64,000 nt of DNA from the NCBI GenBank assembly GCA_964016885.1, contig OZ024743.1, positions 280,364,001 to 280,428,000 on the forward strand, given 5' to 3'. A program made the translations under genes and the position numbers. This DNA is from Eledone cirrhosa. Taxonomy: Eukaryota. The notes below the pieces were generated by a model. The model ran no database searches. It had not been told where the DNA came from and worked only from the letters and a program-made list of their open reading frames with translations. Of this stretch, positions 59,206 through 64,000 are shown piece after piece (positions within the stretch are counted from its first letter, which is position 1; each line of letters begins with the position of its first letter).

Positions 59206-62200
59206 GTGGGTATAGTAATGTTGTTTGTATTAATGTATGTGGTAATGTGGGTATAGTAATGTTGTTTGTATTAATATATGTGGTAATGTTGGGGATAGTA
59301 ATGGTGTTTGTATTAATATATGTGGTAATGTTGGGTATAGTAATGGTGTTTGTATTAATGTATGTGGTAATGTTGTGTATAGTAATGGTGTTTGTATTAA
59401 TATATGTAGTAATGTTGGGTATAGTAATGATGTTTGTATTAATGTATGTGGTAATGTTGGGTATAGTAATAGTGTTTGTATTAATGTATGTGGTAATGTT
59501 GGGTATAGTAATGGTTTTTGTATTAATATATGTGGTAATGTTGGGTATAGTAATGGTGTTTGTATTAATATATGTGGTAACGTTAGGTATAGTAATGGTG
59601 TTTGTATTAATATATGTGGTAATGTTAGGTATAGTAATGGTTTTTGTATTAATATATGTGGTAATGTTGGGTATAGTAATGGTGTTTGTATTAATATATG
59701 TGGTAACGTTAGGTATAGTAATGGTGTTTGTATTAATATATGTGGTAATGTTGGGTATAGTAATGGTGTTTGTATTAATGTATGTGGTAATGTTGGGTAT
59801 AGTAATGGTGTTTGTATTAATGTATGTGGTAATGTTGGGTATAGTAATGGTGTTTGTATTAATGTATGTGGTAATGTGGGTATAGTAATGGTGTTTGTAT
59901 TAATGTATGTGGTAGTGTTGGGTATAGTAATGGTGTTTGTATTAATGTATGTGGTAATGTTGTGTATAGTAATGGTGTTTGTATTAATATATGTGGTAAT
60001 GTTGTGTATAGTAATGGTGTTTGTATTGATATATGTGGTAATGTTGGGTATAGTAATGGTGTTTGTATTAATGTATGTGGTAATGTTGTGTATAGTAATG
60101 GTGTTTGTATTAATGTATGTGGTAATGTTGTGTATAGTAATGGTGTTTGTATTAATATATGTGGTAATGTTGTGTATAGTAATGGTGTTTGTATTAATAT
60201 ATGTGGTAATGTTGGGTATAGTAATGGTGTTTGTATTAATGTATGTGGTAATGTTGGGTATAGTAATGGTGTTTGTATTAATATATGTGGTAATGTTGGG
60301 TATAGTAATGGTGTTTGTATTAATATATGTGGTAATGTTGGGTATAGTAATGGTGTTTGTATTAATATATGTGGTAATGTTGTGTATAGTAATGGTGTTT
60401 GTATTAATGTATGTAGTAATGTTAGGTATAGTAATGGTGTTTGTATTAATGTATGTGGTAATGTTGGGTATAGTAATGGTGTTTGTATTAATATATGTGG
60501 TAATGTTGTGTATAGTAATGGTGTTTGTATTAATGTATGTAGTAATGTTGGGTATAGTAATAGTGTTTGTATTAATGTATGTGGTAATGTTGGGTATAGT
60601 AATGGTGTTTGTATTAATGTATGTGGTAATGTTGTGTATAGTAATGGTGTTTGTATTAATGTATGTGGTAATGTTGGGTATAGTAATAGTGTTTGTATTA
60701 ATATATGTGGTAATGTTGGGTATAGTAATGGTGTTTGTATTAATGTATGTGGTAATGTTGTGTATAGTAATGGTGTTTGTATTAATATATGTGGTAATGT
60801 TGTGTATAGTAATGGTGTTTGTATTAATATATGTGGTAATTTTGGGTATAGTAATGGTGTTTGTATTAATGTATGTGGTAATGTTGGGTATAGTAATGGT
60901 GTTTGTATTAATGTATGTGGTAATGTTGGGTATAGTAATGGTGTTTGTATTAATGTATGTGGTAATGTTGGGTATAGTAATGGTGTTTGTATTAATGTAT
61001 GTGGTAATGTTGGGTATAGTAATCGTGATTGTATTAATGTATGTAGTAATGTTGGGTATAGTAATGGTGTTTGTATTAATGTATGTGGTAATGTGGGTAT
61101 AGTAATGGTGTTTGTATTAATATATGTGGTAATGTTAGGTATAGTAATGGTTTTTGTATTAATATATGTGGTAATGTTGGGTATAGTAATGGTGTTTGTA
61201 TTAATATATGTGGTAATGTTAGGTATAGTAATGGTTTTTGTATTAATATATGTGGTAATGCTGGGTATAGTAATGGTGTTTGTATTAATATATGTGGTAA
61301 TGTTGGGTATAGTAATGGTTTTTGTATTAATGTATGTGGTAATGTTGGGTATAGTAATAGTGTTTGTATTAATATATGTGGTAATGTTGGGTATAGTAAT
61401 GGTGTTTGTATTAATATATGTGGTAATGTTGTGTATAGTAATGGTGTTTGTATTAATGTATGTGGTAATTTTGGGTATAGTAATGGTGTTTGTATTAATG
61501 TATGTGGTAATGTTGGGTATAGTAATGGTGTTTGTATTAATGTATGTGGTAATGTTGGGTATAGTAATGGTGTTTGTATTAATGTATGTGGTAATGTTGG
61601 GTATAGTAATGGTGTTTGTATTAATATATGTGGTAATGTTGGGTATAGTAATGGTGTTTGTATTAATATATGTGGTAATGTTGGGTATAGTAATGGTGTT
61701 TGTATTAATATATGTGGTAATGTTGTGTATAGTAATGGTGTTTGTATTAATGTATGTAGTAATGTTAGGTATAGTAATGGTGTTTGTATTAATGTATGTG
61801 GTAATGTTGGGTATAGTAATGGTGTTTGTATTAATATATGTGGTAATGTTGTGTATAGTAATGGTGTTTGTATTAATGTATGTAGTAATGTTGGGTATAG
61901 TAATAGTGTTTGTATTAATGTATGTGGTAATGTTGGGTATAGTAATGGTGTTTGTATTAATGTATGTGGTAATGTTGTGTATAGTAATGGTGTTTGTATT
62001 AATGTATGTGGTAATGTTGGGTATAGTAATAGTGTTTGTATTAATATATGTGGTAATGTTGGGTATAGTAATGGTGTTTGTATTAATGTATGTGGTAATG
62101 TTGTGTATAGTAATGGTGTTTGTATTAATATATGTGGTAATGTTGTGTATAGTAATGGTGTTTGTATTAATATATGTGGTAATTTTGGGTATAGTAATGG

Positions 62201-64000
62201 TATTTGTATTAATGTATGTGGTAATGTTGGGTATAGTAATGGTGTTTGTATTAATATATGTGGTAACGTTAGGTATAGTAATGGTTTTTGTATTAATATA
62301 TGTGGTAATGTTGGGTATAGTAATGGTGTTTGTATTGATATATGTGGTAATGTTGGGTATAGTAATGGTGTTTGTATTAATGTATGTGGTAATGTTGGGT
62401 ATAGTAATCGTGTTTGTATTAATGTATGTAGTAATGTTGGGTATAGTAATGGTGTTTGTATTAATGTATGTGGTAATGTGGGTATAGTAATGGTGTTTGT
62501 ATTAATATATGTGGTAATGTTAGGTATAGTAATGGTTTTTGTATTAATATATGTGGTAATGTTGGGTATAGTAATGGTGTTTGTATTAATATATGTGGTA
62601 ACGTTAGGTATAGTAATGGTTTTTGTATTAATATATGTGGTAATGTTGGGTATAGTAATGGTGTTTGTATTAATATATGTAGTAATGTTGGGTATAGTAA
62701 TGGTGTTTGTATTAATGTATGTGGTAATGTTGGGTATAGTAATGGTGTTTGTATTAATGTACGTGGTAATGTTGGGTATAGTAATAGTGTTTGTATTAAT
62801 ATATGTGGTAATGTTGGGTATAGTAATGGTGTTTGTATTAATATATGTGGTAATGTTGGGTATAGTAATGGTGTTTGTATTAATGTATGTGGTAATGTTG
62901 GGTATAGTAATGGTGTTTGTATTAATGTATGTGGTAATGTGGGTATAGTAATGTTGTTTGTATTAATGTATGTGGTAATGTGGGTATAGTAATGTTGTTT
63001 GTATTAATATATGTGGTAATGTTGGGTATAGTAATGGTGTTTGTATTAATATATGTGGTAATGTTGGGTATAGTAATGGTGTTTGTATTAATGTATGTGG
63101 TAATGTTGTGTATAGTAATGGTGTTTGTATTAATATATGTAGTAATGTTGGGTATAGTAATGATGTTTGTATTAATGTATGTGGTAATGTTGGGTATAGT
63201 AATAGTGTTTGTATTAATGTATGTGGTAATGTTGGGTATAGTAATGGTTTTTGTATTAATATATGTGGTAATGTTGGGTATAGTAATGGTGTTTGTATTA
63301 ATATATGTGGTAACGTTAGGTATAGTAATGGTGTTTGTATTAATATATGTGGTAATGTTAGGTATAGTAATGGTTTTTGTATTAATATATGTGGTAATGT
63401 TGGGTATAGTAATGGTGTTTGTATTAATATATGTGGTAACGTTAGGTATAGTAATGGTGTTTGTATTAATATATGTGGTAATGTTGGGTATAGTAATGGT
63501 GTTTGTATTAATGTATGTGGTAATGTTGGGTATAGTAATAGTGTTTGTATTAATATATGTGGTAATGATGGGTATAGTAATGGTGTTTGTATTAATGTAT
63601 GTGGTAATGTTGGGTATAGTAATGGTGTTTGTATTAATGTATGTGGTAATGTGGGTATAGTAATGGTGTTTGTATTAATGTATGTGGTAATGTTGGGTAT
63701 AGTAATGGTGTTTGTATTAATGTATGTGGTAATGTTGTGTATAGTAATGGTGTTTGTATTAATATATGTGGTAATGTTGTGTATAGTAATGGTGTTTGTA
63801 TTGATATATGTGGTAATGTTGGGTATAGTAATGGTGTTTGTATTAATATATGTGGTAATGTTGTGTATAGTAATGGTGTTTGTATTAATATATGTGGTAA
63901 TGTTGGGTATAGTAATGGTGTTTGTATTAATATATGTGGTAATGTTGTGTATAGTAATGGTGTTTGTATTAATATATGTGGTAATGTTGGGTATAGTAAT

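Larger units (their letters stand above)
1..64000. repeat. Tandem satellite/minisatellite array, 42-bp monomer ATTAATGTATGTGGTAATGTTGGGTATAGTAATGGTGTTTGT, about 1,524 copies in a single orientation, extending beyond both window edges
   Basis: The monomer is read directly at 1-42, 43-84 and onward, and most copies differ from consensus by 0-3 substitutions. The last monomer starts at 63968, which matches 1524x42 + 11 (stub) - 52 (single-base deletions) exactly. That leaves no room for other net indels or inserted sequence, except whole-monomer multiples. Confidence 0.99.
37800..64000. repeat. Right array domain: irregular higher-order repeat of about 90 monomers (about 3.8 kb) marked by a pair of adjacent 41-bp monomers
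   Basis: The double-deletion cassette (AATGTGGGTATAGTAATGTTGTTT twice) has its second deletion near 38905, 41421, 45237, 51488, 55304, 59247 and 62980. Spacings of 2516, 3816, 6251, 3816, 3943 and 3733 bp correspond to 60, 91, 149, 91, 94 and 89 monomers after correcting for deletions. Confidence 0.82.

Noticed and set aside
568-62948. Plus-strand Cys-rich ORFs (VCINVCGNVGYSNG)n resembling disulfide beta-helix, antifreeze or keratin-associated repeats
   Set aside because: In this frame the variation falls on codon positions 1-2 while position 3 is nearly invariant, the opposite of coding constraint. The starts are alternative GTG/TTG-type codons created by variants, and the ORFs switch frames at indels.
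179-63660. Plus-strand hydrophobic ORFs (VVMLGIVMVFVLMY)n that resemble giant multi-pass membrane proteins
   Set aside because: They are pure translations of the repeat, with almost no charged or loop residues and no unique N- or C-terminus. Starts and stops are set by sporadic variants (T3A giving TAA, and 1-bp deletions), and the frame is open only because of monomer structure.
1-64000. CRISPR array or other repeat-spacer system
   Set aside because: There are no unique spacers. Monomers abut directly and differ only by point variants, and no cas or leader sequence is present.
1-64000. Canonical telomerase-made telomere tract
   Set aside because: TTAGG and TTGGG occur singly within a 42-bp unit, not in tandem. 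Variants are inherited in kb-scale duplicated blocks, which indicates recombination or replication-based copying rather than templated addition.
1-64000. G-quadruplex array
   Set aside because: There is only one GGG per 42 bp, plus two GG runs. This does not fit the canonical four G3 tracts with short loops, so at best weak two-tier structures could form.
1-64000. Bisulfite-converted or synthetic/simulated sequence explaining the lack of C
   Set aside because: Non-CpG cytosines are present (GCTGGG, ATCAAT, GTACAG, GTGCTA). The variants show nested, hierarchical duplication typical of natural satellite evolution.

Overview
The whole 64-kb window is one uninterrupted head-to-tail tandem array (satellite or very long minisatellite) of a 42-bp monomer, consensus ATTAATGTATGTGGTAATGTTGGGTATAGTAATGGTGTTTGT (10 A, 19 T, 13 G, 0 C). 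It runs off both ends. Phase arithmetic gives about 1,524 monomers, of which 52 are 41-bp deletion variants, plus one 11-bp stub at 5335-5345 and a 33-bp terminal partial. I see no unique sequence, inversion, transposon, RNA gene, CRISPR spacer or credible gene. The ORF track arises because the monomer length is a multiple of 3 and all consensus stop codons fall in one frame per strand. The information lies in the monomer variants. They show three successive domains with different marker cassettes, irregular higher-order periods (about 30-76, 53-78 and about 90 monomers), nested block duplications up to about 8-10 kb, and a 1-bp deletion allele absent from the first 17.5 kb. The most intriguing signal, still unproven, is that the monomer looks codon-like (NNT triplets). 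The commonest G>A substitutions are silent in a minus-strand frame encoding a Thr/Asn/Ile-rich 14-aa repeat (TNTITIPNITTYIN), so the array may derive from a coding repeat. The organism and chromosomal context cannot be determined from this window.
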